From NCBI GenBank assembly GCA_951406725.2, contig OX597820.1:36394001-36458000 (forward strand): a DNA stretch of 64,000 nt, read 5' to 3'. Positions 27,063 to 42,394 of the stretch are shown in pieces. Source of the DNA: Octopus vulgaris. Lineage: Eukaryota. Position 1 is the stretch's first letter, and each line of letters begins with the position of its first letter. The position numbers and the translations under genes were made by a program. Under the pieces are notes generated by a model. It was not told the origin of the DNA. It saw only the letters and a list, made by a program, of their open reading frames with translations, and made no database searches.

Positions 27063-27068
27063 AATAAA
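27063..27068 (+). terminator. Putative HM13 polyadenylation signal
   Basis: AATAAA ~700 nt after the stop, followed by a T/GT-rich element (tttgttgtttgtttc, ~27113). Confidence 0.55.
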
Positions 27069-27555
27069 TTCTTGGGTCTAAAATCTTATTCTCCCAAGCT
27101 TTTCTCTGTAAAATTTGTTGTTTGTTTCTTTTTATTTTTTAAATACTTTTGTAGACTATTTAACTGTTTATATGTTACGATGAAAACATACCATACCTGC
27201 TCAATAATTGGCGAACATGACTTTGCAACAGTGGTACACTCTACATCTCACAGCAGTTGTGGACCTCAACATCTGGCAACGGTGACAAATTCCACATCTC
27301 CCAACAATAGCACACTCCACACATAGCAGCGCCAGTAGCATACTCCTCATTTCGCAAGAGTCTTGGACTTCATTCACATCTGGTAACTGACAGCAGTGGC
27401 AGACATCACAGATCAGTTACACTTCTGTGACAAACTTCATCCTAGTTGAAAACTGTCAATCTTTTTGCTAAAAGTTGGTGCTGTTTGAAAATTTTGAGTC
27501 AACTAGATATATACGCTTCAAGCACTTCCTTTGCTAGATTTACTAAGGTGTGTGT

Positions 27556-27645
<90 letters not shown>

Positions 27646-29009
27646 GTTGGATGGAGTTTGTTGGGGCAGATTTTCTGTGGTTGGAAGCCCATCTTATTAC
27701 CAACTATTGTAATAATATCGAGACAAGGATATACACACACAACTGGCTTCTTTTGGTTTCTACATACCAAATCCATCCACTCACAAGGCTTTGGTTGGAG
27801 TGTAGCTATAGTAGAAGACAAGGTTTCACATAGTGGGACTGAACTCAAAACCGAGTGGATAAAAAGTAAACTTTTAAACCACATAGCTATAATTGCATGT
27901 GTGTTCGTGTCTCTTTGTCTTGACTTTACATAATTGTTGTCAATGAACATCACTAATTTCCAATCTTTGAAAACATGCCCAGGTATGGGGAAATATTAAT
28001 TTATTTGGAAACAGGGGTTGGCAATAGGAAAGACATCAAACCATAGATTTGCTTTAACAATTTCAACTGACCCATACAAATATGGAAAAGTGGTCATTAA
28101 AATAGCGTGTGTGGGGTGTAATATATATATATCACTCATTCTTTAACATCTGTTTTCCATGTTGGCATGGGTTAGGGTTATATAGAGATATATATATACA
28201 TATCCAACCCGTGCTAGCACAGAAAACGGACGTTAAACGATGATGATGATACACACACCATGAAAAGTGTGTGCACATGCACACACCACAAAAACTACAC
28301 ACACACACACATATATATATATCTTCCAATTCTACTCCAAAGTGCTACACAATGGAGCTTAACCCCAAACCATGTCATCATTGCAGAGTGAATTTCTTCC
28401 ACACAGCTGTAGTGGCATATATATCCTCATTTAATGTCTGGCATATGCTGAATGGTTTGACAGGATACGACAATCGAAGGACTAGATCTGTACCAGTGCC
28501 TGCTTTGGTATGCTTTCTATGGGTGGATGTCCTCCCTAACAGCAGCTACGTTACAGAGTGGTGTACTGGATGCTTTTTTTTATAGTCGAAGCACATTTGG
28601 TCACCATATATCTTGGAAGACTGAGCCTTGAGAAAGGTAACTTTACATGAAGAGATGAAGGGTTAATGTATGAGAGAAGGAGCCAGAGCAGAACAGGTTT
28701 CTTATTGTAGAGGGGCTATTCACATTCTAAGAATAGTGAGTTGAGGTCATTGTGGTAGAGCTGGAAAGAGATAGTAGTAGTTGTGATGAGGTGTCTGGGT
28801 GGTTCCTCATGGTACAAGATAAGTAGAAGTGAGAATCAGGGTATGAGGTGTGGCTAGGTAGGAGTTGCAAGAGTATGGTGTGAAAGGGGAATGGATGAGA
28901 GGTGGCTTTAATGAACAAAGAACAAGTGTTGAGGGGATGGAAAGTAGGTGTCAGTTGTAGAGTTTATTTAGGCTTAAGGGTGGATAAGGAGTGAAAGTGT
29001 AAAGCAGTA

Positions 29010-29548
29010 TTCCTGTCACCTATCTACCCTTGCCATTTAGTAATGCTCCCTACTAGCACTTTCCTTCAAGGTTTTCCAAGCTTATCTTTTGTCCTTTATT
29101 GCCCTGTCAACTATGCTTCATCACCTTGTTAATTTTAGATTGACTGGGATATTTTCCTCCAGCTATGTCGCTGATTTATAACCCAAAGCAGGTTATTTCA
29201 TAGACACCCAAGTTATCTGTGCTACAGATATCTAAATCGTCCTCCCTATTGTGATGTGTTAATTAGTTCTCCAAATCTATTCCCAATTGCTGGATTTTTA
29301 CTCTCCATATCTTCCTTGTGGTCATTTGTTTCTGGATCTGCCTAGCTCTGACTCTGAAGTCACTATTCACTAATCCATACTGTGTATTGCATTGCTCACC
29401 GGCAAAGTTGGTATTTACAATAGATCTTTTGTCTCTATTTCCTGGTGAAAATATTATCTGACTTGTGTGTCAGCTAGATTGGTAGGTGATGAGCTGCCTA
29501 GCAGGTTTCCTAAAGTGTGTGTTGCAAATTGTTAGATCAATTGCATAA
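29010..29548 (-). mobile_element. Highly decayed RTE endonuclease fragment
   Basis: Reverse translation LTICNTHFRKPARQLITYQS..SQI parallels LLICNTNFRKSDSHPITYQSGDSASQI of the 2-4 kb element. Confidence 0.7.
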
Positions 29549-32534
29549 CATTATACCTTCCTTTTTTTTTTTAACCATATCCATAGTCTCCACACATATT
29601 ATAGAAGACATCAACATGCAGGCCAACATGTATTTTGAAATCACTGTCAATCATCATTGAGGTAAACAAGTTACCATCAGTTTCATACTATTGCACTTTT
29701 ACTCTGAAATCATCAGATATATGTACAAATGGCTACTGGCAAGATAAGATTATTTCAGAAAACAATATTTTATCAGAAAAAAAGGTTCCTTTTAAAAGCT
29801 AGATATTTTTTGTCTATTAAATATTGAAACAAATATTTTGAAATATTCCTGCCTCTCTGTTAGAAAGCACAAGAACTTACACAATGAAAACTTCTGCTTA
29901 CCAAATTCAATCAAGTCCTTGGTTGGTCCAAAGCTGTAGCAGAAGACACTCGCCCAAGGTGCCATGCAGTGGGACCAAACCCAAAACCATGTGAATGATG
30001 TTTTTAATTTGTCTTATGTTTAGTGAATGTAGCCATGTATGATTAAGACATCTAAATGTAAAGGCATATAGTAATTATATAACCATAGATTTTAGGTGTG
30101 TCAAGATATAGAAGTGTGTTTATAGAGCAACTTTAACATGCTAAATAAGGTCTGACTTTCAGAATTGTAGTATGAAATGCTAGCAAAAGAGGTATTTCCT
30201 AGTGAAAATTTCAATTCTGGAATTTAAAAAGGTGTTCTGTTATAATCAAGAGTCATCAGCCAAGCACACTGATAAAACAAATAGCACAAAATTAGCAACC
30301 CACATCTAGAAACTGAATGACAACAACATTGTTTACAGCATCAAATAGGAGGCGTTTGAGAGATCAAAGCTGTAGGAAAATGGAATAAAGAAATGCAGCC
30401 TCTGTAGCAGAAAGAATACATATCCTGCTAAAGTCAAAAAACAACAGTTCATTTTCTATGGCTGCGTGACTTCTCTGCTGCCAACCTTCACCTGTTTCCA
30501 ATCTTCCAACCTGGTAAGCAACAAATTTGTGGGGAACTGGAAACAAAACGACACTGACTGAGCCTTTTGTTTGCAGCATGTTAAGAATCTTCGATATGCT
30601 TTCATGCTGGACGGACTTGCAAACAAACAATGCTCTCAGTACAAGCTGTAATGCATTTAACAGCCAACAAACAAGGGGAAATACGAACCCGTGTACTCAA
30701 ACTGACATTCTTTTATACATATGTGTATGGATATAAAACCCAAGCCCTTTTGTTTGTGAGTCAAACATGCTAATCATTAGGGCATGTGCCTTGTATATGT
30801 GTTTCTCACTGCCTGACAATCTGTGTTGGTCTGCTTCTTAAAAAGAGTACAAGCTTTGATTCAAGGAGTGGTAACTGCATTGGCCATGTCAAAGACTACA
30901 GTAAGATCAACAAATTGAGTACTTGAGGTTAAATACACTTACGAAGTTGCCTAGAAGAGAAAATTATGTCCATTATGCTTTCATATCCAACTTGCGAGCA
31001 GGAAGTTAGTTTACTTGCTTAGAGTTGCGTCCCTTACTTTGGTAAATTAACAGATATGCCGAATTTAAAAGTTTAATTCAGAAATGGCATCCAATAAAGA
31101 TCTCGCGTACACGAGATTTGGTGTGCCATGTAAAAAAAAAAAAAATTCTATCTATTTTTTTAATGATGGAGAATGCTTTGAACTTGTAGGCTAAACGATC
31201 ATAGCATAAGCTGTCTGTTAGCAGAAGATACAAATAGTTTCTGACTATGCACATAAGCTCATATATATGTATATATTTTCACACACTGTTCTTTTTGCCT
31301 TCCTATTTCAAGGTTAATTCCCGTATTTTCTTTTTCTCTTCGGGGCTGGAGATCATTAATGTTTTATGAAAAGAATAGAATGGAAATAGAAATTAATCTG
31401 TATTGCATGCATCTAAATGATAATTTGCCTAAAGGTATATCTACATCGTGTGTATGTTTATATATATATTGTTTATGATGATTCAAATCCCACTGAGATC
31501 AACTTGGCATTTCATCCTTTCAAGATTGGAGGCAATCTATTATCCTCATCTCCTAAATTTCCTGGCCTTGTGCCAAAATTTGAAACCATTATTATAATTA
31601 TGATACTTCATTATAGTTTTATGACAGCTAAATTATCAAGTTGCATCATACTCTCGATATGAGATGCAAATCTGGCTATCATAAAAAATCCTTATATTTT
31701 CATAATTAAATATTAGGAATTGTATAAAAAGAATTGTTAAAATATTTTGTGTATTGTAGAAATATAACCAATTTATTGCACATAATTTTCAAAGCTAAAA
31801 TTTCAAACAGAGACCCAAGGGCCATGTGGACCCCAGTTGAGAACTACTGTTACAGAAAATTAGAAAATATCTATCCACAGCACTATATAATTTGAGCTTG
31901 GAAGCTGCTAGCATGTTGGTAGATAATTTCTACTGGCTTTCTGTAAGGGAGGTATGACTTCCAAAGTCATTTCAAGATTATCCCATTTGGTATTCATTCC
32001 TGGCAATAGCAAAGGAACTTGAAATGCATTCATCAGTCCACAAAGGATGCTCTGAAATGATGGTTTTTATTACCTATTGTCTGTTGTGAAGAAAATTCTC
32101 ACATTAAAGTATAGTAAAAACGGCCTTTTTACTGGTCAAATATGCCCCAAACATATTTGAACTGATGCAAAAGTTTGTTTATTCAACACTATTTCATGTG
32201 CCTATTACATATCTCATTCTCTCTCTCATTATATATATATATACATACACACACATCAACATGTATAAATGTGTATATATCTACATGTGTTTTCCCCAAC
32301 CATCACTTGACAACCAGTGTTGGCTTGTTTATGTCCCTAGAACTTAGGAGTTCAACAATAGAGACCAATAGAACAAGTACCAGGGTTAAAAATAAGTACT
32401 GGGAGCAATTTGTTAAACTAAACTCTTCAAGGCATGGCCATAGTTCAACAAGCAAAGATATCTACATGTATGTGTATATAATTATGTTCATCTATGTATA
32501 TATAGACGAACATACTGTCACTTGTTTATTTTTC

Positions 32535-32880
32535 AGGAGTGGCTGTGTGGTAAGTAGCTTGCTTACCAACCACATGGTTCCAGGTTCAGTCCCATTGCGT
32601 GGCACCTTCTACTATAGCCTTGGGCCAACCAAAGCCTTGAGTGGATTTGGTAGACGGAAACTGAAAGAAGCCCGTCATATATATATATATATAGTTTGTG
32701 TGTCTGTGTTTGTCTCCCCAACATCACTTGACAACCGATGCTGGTGTGTTTATGTCCTGTAACTTAGCAGTTCGGCAAAAGAGACCGATAGAATAAGTAC
32801 TAGGCTTACAAAGAATAAATCCTGGGGCCAATTTGCTCGACTAAAGGCAATGCTCCAACATGACTAAAACAAGTAAAACA
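32535..32880 (+). mobile_element. tRNA-derived SINE (family A)
   Basis: A-box-like tggctgtgtgg, B-box ggttcagtccc, internal (TA)n; homologous copies throughout the window. Confidence 0.85.
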
Positions 32881-32925
<45 letters not shown>

Positions 32926-35900
32926 TATGTCTTAAGTAAATGCTCTGGGTATTAAAAGAAATTGCTAGAGAAATACCTAATCATTGACACTGCATTTGAC
33001 AATAACAAATATATATATATATATATAATAGCAACAGTATATAACAAGTGTTCTGCTAGAGCCTAGTTTTGATTAATTCCTTGTGTTGAATTTAGTAAAT
33101 GGAAGCTACAAAAGTCATTTAAAAAACAATTCTTGTAAAACTTGTTCCCTTTTCTACAGAATTTTGCTGAGAAGGAAATTGAATTAGGGTCAGAGGTCAC
33201 TAATACCATTTATTTAATGCCCATTTTTCTATGCTATCATAGGTTGGGCAGGACTATTAAAAGTAGCATTTTATGGCTGGACATCCTTCCGACTCTTGCC
33301 ACCTTTTCAAACAAGTGGGGATGGTTTTTGTCCATTTTTTTTTTTGTTTTTAATTTCAGTAATCTTTGGCAGTACAGCACAAGCGACAGTATTGTCAACA
33401 TGGAATATAAACATCATCTCATTTCACTCACATTGTGACAAGCAAAGCCATGGAATGTAAACATCTGTGAACATATGCACACATCAAATACATTCACACT
33501 CTGCTTGTCTTCAGTACCCTCTAGTGTCTCCTTGCCCCTCCTCATCTGCCAACTTTTCTCTCCTCCACAGCCTCTCAGTCTTCCCAGCACCTTTCCTCAT
33601 CTTTTTTCCCTCTGACCTAACTCCACATTTCTTTCCTTCAATGATTCTCAGTATTCTTCTCCAACCTAGTCCATTGCACCTATTCGTCACACATTCTGTC
33701 CATACTTTCTCCTTATAATGTTAGATAGCCCAAGACCTCAACCCACATATCAGTACTCATCTGTCCCTCTCCTTTTCTCAATAACTCGTTACTAATCCTT
33801 TCCCTCTCTCCTAGTCTTGGCCATACTTCTCCATCCTCTTCTCTTACTTATCACTGTTCATCCCTTAAACTAAGATCAGTCCTCCTCCCTCCTCTGTTCC
33901 ATTTCAGTTATAGGAGCCATTTTCGGGCCCTTTGTGTAAGTTACATCACAATTGTCACTGGTTCCAGTGCCATCCCAGTACGATCTGAAAAGTAGTCAAC
34001 ATTAGAACGTGTATCTAGCCACTAGAAACCACACCAGACTAGATACTGGAGCATTACATAGTCCTCCGTTTGCCTAATCTTGTTGCACCATCCAACTCGT
34101 GCCTGTATGAAAGGCAGATGTTAAATTATGATAATGTGGATGTATGTATACATATGAGGTGTCTGTGAATGTTTACAATATATGCTGAGCTATGGTTACA
34201 AACATTGACATCTGCTGACAGTATTCCTATCAACATATTGTCTACAAGCTCTGCCTTTTCATATTCGGCTGGCATAAAAAAAAAAAGTGCCTTACTTGAT
34301 AAAAAGTTGGCAACATGATGGCTGTAAAAAAAAATCCAGTTCAACAAATTTTGTCTAAATCCATGCAAACATGGGAAAGTTGACTTTAAAATGGTGAAGA
34401 TACATAGAGGAAGAAAGCATAGAACAGTTTATTGAAAAGATGACAATTTTTTTATAGCAATATTTTATTATAACTTAGAAAAAAAATATTGAAAGAAAAA
34501 AAAAGAGGAACATACTGTCACTTGTTTATTTTTTGTTTGTTTTCGTTTTGTAGGTTTTTTTTACCTCTTGAAAGAATTGAGGTTAATGGTATGGTAGGTA
34601 GAGTAGTTAATGACACCACACAGTTTTTGTTGTATCTATTATTACTCTCCCCACCACACACACACATACACACACACACTAATTGTCAAAATACATTGAT
34701 TGATTGATTGGATTTGATTGATTAAGGCTAAAAAAAATCACATCCAAGCATTGTTTTCCAACCCTGGTGGCAATCACCAGTGTCTGCTGAAGACAAGCTT
34801 TCTTGGTTTTTATTTTTTCTTTCCGAGACAACAGCCACATTGGAATCTCACAAAATCTAAGACATATTGAAGAAAATAGTAGAAAAGAAATATTTCCTAT
34901 CTGATGATGAACCATTTTTTTTTTTTAATATTATACATATTACTTCTTTTGTTATGTTAAGTACAAAAATTGCTCATAAGTTCCCTCAAAATGTTTAAGT
35001 TATCTGCTCTTGACTCTAACTGCTCAACAGTACAAGAGGGCAGGTCATAATACAGGCTTCATGGTTTGTTTCCCACTATTGTTGTGGTGGCCCTCCAGCC
35101 CTACCACTTAGTTGTCTTCATTGTTATCAAAGTTGACACATAGGAGCCCTCACTTTCAGTCAGTTAACATTTCATACAAATATTCCATTAAAGCCAGGAG
35201 CTTAAATATTTCCTTTCCTTCACCAAAATGACAAAATACAGCAGTAACGTTAAATTAAATTAGTTTTTCTCCCCCCACCACCCATCTATAAAAATTGGGT
35301 TCCAATTTTTAAAAGCAATACAATGAGATTATGACTAGAAAAAGAAAAGGGGATAGGAGAAATAAGTTACAAATGTTACTGTTTCTGCAAAGAGAAAACA
35401 TTTAATAAATAGGGGGTGATTTTGGTGCTGACCACAATCTATTTCTAGCATTATTCTCTTCCTAAGTTCTAGTTATGATTTGAACTCCTGACCAGAATGC
35501 CAAAAATAAAAAATCAAACCTCACAACAGCCACAGCATTGTGTTCCTAGATTAAAGCAAACCATTTATTTTCAGCCTGACTGTTTGGCAAGAGGTTTGAG
35601 TGTTTACATATACAAAAGGCATTCAGTAGAAAAGAGATTTGCTCTAATAACAGTTTACTTTTAGTTTGTTGGCCACAATTAAGGCCATGCTGGAGCATTG
35701 CCTTTCAAGGTTAAAATATTTAAAAATAAACAAAACATTTTCACTAACAAGGATAAACAATTGTAAAAACCGACAAAAAAGAGGAAGGAAAAAAAACTCT
35801 AAAACTTTGCTTGCTTCCTATGTGTGTTTTAGAGATGAGACACTTGTCAAGATTATATTGTTGCTCAACCACATACAATTAAATAATTGAAAAATAGTTT

Positions 35901-37478
35901 CAGTTAAAATAATCTCTTGAATTGAAAAGAAAAAGCAAAAAAATAACTTTTGAATTTTTTCTTTCACCATTGCAGTAAAATATAAAGATTTGAAAGTCAG
36001 ATGAAGATGTTGATTGTTATTCCATGAAGAGCATTTGATGTAAATAAACTGATAGGTGGAAGTTAAGGAAGACATATTAGACCTAAACAAGGTCAGTCAA
36101 CTGACTTTTACACCCTACATACCACAGACAGACATACTTCTGACACTTAGTGACTGCTACTTCACAATTTTAAATGTCAATGTGACCAACATGTGCCAGA
36201 TGCAAGTTTATAATTGAACAGACATTAAATTTTCCACCACCAAGTTTTTAATTGTCTAACACCTGTAATGATAATGGCATGTCTGTCAGTAGTATTAGTG
36301 TCATGTTTGTTACTAATGTAGCAATGGAGTGTCCAACCAGTTAGTGTAGCAGTGGAGTGCCAACCACCCAGTCACACTGGCTTTGTCCTATCATTCTACC
36401 TTAAAAGTGTGAACATTGTTAAATGAAGAATTGACCATACTTATCATTAAATCACAGACACACACAAGTGACCACACTGAAATGTTAAAAATATATCCAG
36501 AAAATCTATTTAAATCAAGTGGGGACACCGTAGCTGGTTGGGTTCAAACAGTGAAGCCACGCACTGAGTTTGGGGTGGATTGGGATGGCAGGCTTTAAGA
36601 GCAACCATAGTAAATTACAGCAAACCAGTTGTGTAACAGAAACTTTATAGGTATATGGACACTTACTAGCGTTAGAATATGTCTGCTATTGTCAAATATT
36701 GAGAAGTTAATCTGTTACAGATAGAATATGTGTACAATGGAAAGTCAGGTATATAATTCAGTAGGTACTTACAGGAGAAATAGATATCTGAGGGTCACTA
36801 CTAGAGAAAAAGTGGCATTCACAATACAACAGTGTTCTGTAATGCAGGCAATAAGTTGTAGACGAATTAACTGTCTTTCATACTACTCTGTGTGTGTGTG
36901 TGTGTGTGTGCATGCACATATATATATAAATATACACACACACATGTGCAATCTTTGCATGTAAACCAGCAGCTCATCTGAGCTATACATGTAAGTGGAG
37001 ATGTGTTGATTCTTAACTATGAGCAGGACAGCCTGAAAAGCTAAGAAAAAGGACAAAGTATCATTGAAAGAGAGAATGAAATAAACTGATTGAGTGGATG
37101 ATCCAGTTTTGATGTTTAGATGTGTTAGAGTTAACCACAAGCTACTGGTGTACCTCTCACAGCCTTTCCTAACATCCAATCCATTCTACAGACAGTAGCA
37201 GGGGTTAGTCTTACACAAGATCATCTAACCAGTTTAATTATAAATGTACCACTTTACACAAGTCCTGTAAGACAGGGATAGTAGAAAGGGTTCAAGTGCT
37301 GGTGGTGAGAATAACTGTGGTGGCAGTGTCACTTCATTATGAGAAAACACTCTTTGTGAATAAAGTGAGAGGAATACTCAGAGTGTAATACTCCAAGCTT
37401 AATATGTGTGTGTGTATATGTGATTGTATATGTTACATGAGCTTTTATTTTGCACAGTGACTGTAACCAAATAATCCA

Positions 37479-37572
37479 TTAGAAACATCCCTCTTTCCAG
37501 CTGTCATCATACCCTGGAGATGTTATTGCAGAAGTTGGTGGCTTTTCTTGAGGTTTAAATGGGATTCCAGAT
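37479..37572 (-). CDS. SLAIN: SLAIN-like terminal exon
   Basis: tttgtttttgcctag| SGIPFKPQEKPPTSAITSPGYDDSWKEGCF TAA; SxIP motif plus a C-terminus like the SLAIN WKDGCY tail. Confidence 0.9.
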
Positions 37573-39567
37573 CTAGGCAAAAACAAAGTAAGAAAAAATG
37601 TTTTTTTTTTAATGATCAGAAAGGAGAGAATCAAAGTTAAAGGAGTCCAGTACTCATAGAGATTTATTGAAGTAGGTGAAAGCATATTTAATCACTGGAC
37701 CATATTTCCAATGAAATACACTGTTTGAATTAATTTTCAAAATAATTAAGTATTTGGAGCAATTGAATAAAATAACTGAGTCTTATTTGAAACATAATTA
37801 AGGTCTTGTTTGGAACATAACCTCACTGAATGCTTTTAAATGAAATTATAATGAGAAGTTTAAATTTAAATATGAACATTTTAAAATTAGAGGTTTTGTA
37901 GAATTAAACCAAATACTCTGTATAATCAAATCACAGTCATTGATTAAAGCAGATAATTTGTGTAATTAAATCAAATTGTGTCATTCAAGCAGAGGCATTG
38001 ATTAATTAAAGCAGAAATTTTGTATAATTAAACTAGAAACTTTTTGTTATTAAATCAGAGCTGATCTGGGGCAGGTTGGTATCAAAAAGTATAAACAATA
38101 AAACATGTCGTGACAAACATAATATTAAGTAATAAAAAGATTTTCCCCGTTTTCCACAAAATACAAAAGACAACTCCAAACATGTTTGAGCCTTATTAGG
38201 TATCCTCTGTTGTAGCATAACCTCAAAGTAACTTGCTCAAGTATTATTTTGCTTAGTGAGTTGAGAAAAATTATTAAGTAAATAAATATATAAAAACAAT
38301 TTGGGGTTAGGTATCCAGGACAAATTTGCCTAACAAGAAATGTTGCTAGAAGTAATATATGTATGTAGAAAGATATTTCAAATGACCTATTGACAATCTG
38401 GTCATATCAGGCATAGCTAGAGATAATCTTGTTGCTGCATTCTATCAGAATGTCTATATCTAAGAAAAGAGCCACTTCCTTAGAGCAAGGTCTAGGGACT
38501 TATACTCATAACTTCCTCTACTGGACTTTGAAATGTTCTCATCTTAAGACATTACAGGTCTGGAAACACAAAACAGAAATAAACTGAAGCTCATAAACCA
38601 GCAAGTTATAAGTCTATGTACTTGCTTTAATCATTTTGGGTTTTTTTTGTTGAAATATACTGCTTTTGGTTCAATTAATTTTAAAAATAATAAAGAACTT
38701 AGTAAAATAATTTTGTCATTATATAGCTAGTGTTTGGAACATAAATAACAATGAATTTTGATGGGAACTCTTAATTGAGATAATTTTAAAACAAGTAATT
38801 TGAATTGTAGAACCAGTGGCAGTCTCCAGCAGATTGATATTGGAAGGGTTAAATATATGCATGGAGGCATGGATGTAGAACAGTTAAATGTTACCTTTAC
38901 TGTCAATATTGTATAGGTTACCATAGCTATCAATATCCAAAACTTGTGCACTTTTAAACCAGTTACATAACTGTTTCTGTCATTCTACTTAAACAAAATA
39001 GATGCCATTCAGAATAATGAACGAGCCTCTAAATAGTCACCAATATCAAGAAACAAGATTCCACCAGATGACTATACTAGCCAATTTGGGGACCACTACA
39101 TGGTCATTCAAGTTACTAGAAATAGCAGGCAAATCCTGTTCATATCATTTTAAAAGAAGCAAGGACACACTAGAGAATCATCTGAAAAAACTGCATGTCC
39201 TAGCTTGAATGCCAATAATCAGGGCAGATCTGGGCTAAACAGAATAATTAAGGGTCACATTAATATGGACAAACTGCAGGTCACATGTGGCTCGTGAGAC
39301 TTTCTGAATTAGTATGCCTAACAAAAAATCACCTTGAATTTTTGTTTAGCTATGTTGCTCAGCTGATGATGAGTCATGCCTTATGTGGCTGGCTTCTTGG
39401 AAAAGGGTTCCCATGACTGGGTTTACACTGTAAAATCATTTGTTCCAAAAATTCAGGTAAAGATATCTAAAACTCTGTTGTATCCTTAGTTGTGAATGTA
39501 TGTTTGTGAAATACACTATTCTGGTAAGGGTAAGATATAAAGGAAAGCAAGAGGAAGAGGAACATAC

Positions 39568-39898
39568 CTTCTGGGAGCTGGTAAACTAGAGCGTGGTGCA
39601 GAAGATGGCCTTGGTATTGATCTACGAGCAGACATAGATCCTGGTTGTGGAAGATTACTTCTGATAGGTGAAGATCCTCTACGAACATTGTTTGGTTGTT
39701 TCAGGTGACTAACTAAAGGTGAGGTTGGTCGACCTGGTTGCTGTAGGCGTGATGGTTGTCGTGTTGCTGATTCTGGTGTGCCCCCTGCCACATACAGCAT
39801 TTCATCACTGCAGGCATCAAGACTAGAGTCACTGGAGTATATAGGGGGTGGTGGTGTTACTAACTTATACATGTTAGACATCCCTCTACGTCCTTCAT
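39568..39898 (-). CDS. SLAIN: SLAIN-like penultimate exon (S/P/R-rich, SxLP-type motifs)
   Basis: ctctttctcattgaacag| EGRRGMSNMYKLVTPPPP...RSNLPQPGSMSARRSIPRPSSAPRSSLPAPR(R) |gtatgt; 331 nt, phase 1-2. Confidence 0.88.
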
Positions 39899-40144
39899 CT
39901 GTTCAATGAGAAAGAGAACATATAAATTTACTGTTGTTTGTTTCAGAGGAAAAATAGAAAAAAAGAATTCAAAATATAAAATGGATCATGGTGAGACAAA
40001 TGAAGAGAAGGTGAGAGGACAGAAAGAATAAACAGTCATAGATAATGTCGGGGATGCTAAAGGGTTGTAACACATTCAAAACTGTACAGTATCATTTAAA
40101 CACACACACAAAGAGTGTGCACAAGAAAAAGAAGAGCAACATAC

Positions 40145-40273
40145 CTTGTGGATGGTGGTTAATACAGTTTATTTGGTTTTGGCTACTAAATGGACTGTCA
40201 GGAGGACTGTTGGACTCAGAGCCACCATTTGATGCCATGCTGTGACTGTTTCGCCGGGAAGATGACATACTTT
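40145..40273 (-). CDS. SLAIN: SLAIN-like internal exon
   Basis: ttaccag| SMSSSRRNSHSMASNGGSESNSPPDSPFSSQNQINCINHHPQ(D) |gtatgt; 129 nt, phase 1-1. Confidence 0.85.
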
Positions 40274-42394
40274 CTGGTAATGAAATAGCAGTATATAACG
40301 ATGTATAATATATACATACACACACACTGTGACATTTCTTGTGTAAATATGTGTCTGTGCATGTACATCAATTTGGAAAGGGATGAATTTAAATGAGACT
40401 AGTCGCCAGAATGGTCATTGCAGAGTAGACTTCAAGGATATACCTGATTCCATCAATCCCCAATATTTATCTCAGTAATTTTGAAGAATAAAACAGTGTG
40501 AATATGTGAGCAAGTGTTTGTATTAGTGTGTGTGTGTGTGCGTATACACGCATATGCATCAATGATAAATGAAAGAATTACTGCTCAATAAATCTATTTC
40601 TAGAGTTACTCCTATCTTATGGTAATGTAGTTATGTATGAAATGGTAGAGATGTAGGGTTGAGGGTTGAAAATGAAAGCTGAATGTGGTGGAGGTACTAT
40701 ATCATACTGTGCAGAGAGTTAGCACCATGTACCACAAGAAAAGGTACCTGTTACTCACTGAGATGTGTAGAAAGTATAAATGTCTTCTAGGGCTTGTTGC
40801 TAAAATCAAGTTCCATGGAGTAAAACAGATGAGAGATGAATTTTACTCTGGAGAGAATGCTGGTCTATTGTATAAAGTAACACGCACACAATGATCTGGT
40901 ACCTATCTATTCTTAACACAGTCACAAAACTGAGACAATGTAGAATAATGTTCTGGTGAGAAACACAATGAAACACTGGCAAAACAGCAGATTTGAACTC
41001 TTGATCTATTAGTGGCCCAGTATCTCTTGCACTTGATAATGATGTTTCTAAATGTGTTACCTACATAAAGTGACAGTTTTGTGATTTGAATGTTGTCTAT
41101 TTAAGGGAATATAAAATGAGATATGAGTAGCATCTATGTAAGGTGATATGAATGCAACAGAAGCACTGGTGTAAAGGAATGTGAAATGCATGTGACATGA
41201 ATGAAGCAGTCTATATTACAGATGAAATGTTATGTTTGATAATGTGAAATCCATGTTATGCAATAGGAAATGAAACAGTGACATCTATGAAATGTGAAAT
41301 ATGTAACAGGGGTGGCAATGAGTTAGCAAAGACAAAAATGGTGGTACAAAAACAATATCATGAATGAGTGTTAGCAATGTATAACATATTAAAGTGTTAG
41401 CAGTTTTAGTTAGAATGATGGAGTTTTGTCAATGAGTGGAGTGAAGTGAAGCAACATCTACAATGGTGGTATGTTAGTAACATCTTGAATGATGAGTTAA
41501 TGATGTACAACATGGTTAGCAACACCGATAAATGACAGATGAAATGTCTCAAAATGATGTTAATGATAATGATAATAGTAATAATTCTTTCTAATTTTGG
41601 CACAAGGCCAGCAATTTTGAGGGAAGCAGGTAAGTCAATTACATCAGCCCCAATACTTGACTGTTACTTTATTTTATTCAACCTGAAAGGATGAAATGCA
41701 AAGTTGACTTCAGCAGGATTTAAACTCAGAATGTAAAGAGCTGGAAGAAATGTTGCTAAGCAGTTTACTTGACACACTAATGATTCTGCCAGCTCATCAT
41801 CTTAATGATAATGATAACATTAAACTTCAAATGAAATTATATATTTATATATACATATGAGAATAAAAATGCTTTTTTTTTGTACAAACTGTTTCCTGTT
41901 GATTAAGAAAGAAATATTGCTGTGTCATACATAGTCTACACCATCAGAAGGTGCTAAGGCTATCCTATTACAATAACCTCAATAAGGCATGCCAGAGCCT
42001 GCCCCACTACAGCAACTATTGAACAACAACATCAACAATAACAACAGCAACAAGATGCAAACTTGAAACAATGACCCAAACCCTCTCTTGCATTTAGAGC
42101 AAGGGAGGTTTCCTTGAAAGTGTAAAGGTTTCTAAGATGTACAACTAACTTTATTGGTAGTTACGGAGTCCAGCAGAAAGGAAGAAGGATTAAATTTTAC
42201 AATATTGAATTTACACTTGATTAGCAGCAAAACTGCACCAACAATCTGAATAGATTTTCTAGAAAGTAATTTTCAATTGAAGAAACAGTAAGATGAATAA
42301 ACAAAGAATCAACGAGCGGTGAGTGGATAGTAAAAAAAATTAAAAAATAGAACCAATGACAAGGAAAGTGAATGATTAAATGAGGGGATCAATG

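Noticed and set aside
27446-27953. Overlapping YI/CV-rich ORFs (also 43502-44255, 53325, 55494)
   Set aside because: Artefacts of (TA)n/(TG)n microsatellites and SINEs
30940-31848. Possible hAT/Charlie relic (gttgagaactactg terminus, weak CEQ-like peptide)
   Set aside because: Only one terminus is visible and the peptide similarity is too weak to call
32535-32610. tRNA-like A/B boxes
   Set aside because: These are SINE heads continuing into repeat bodies; no complete cloverleaf
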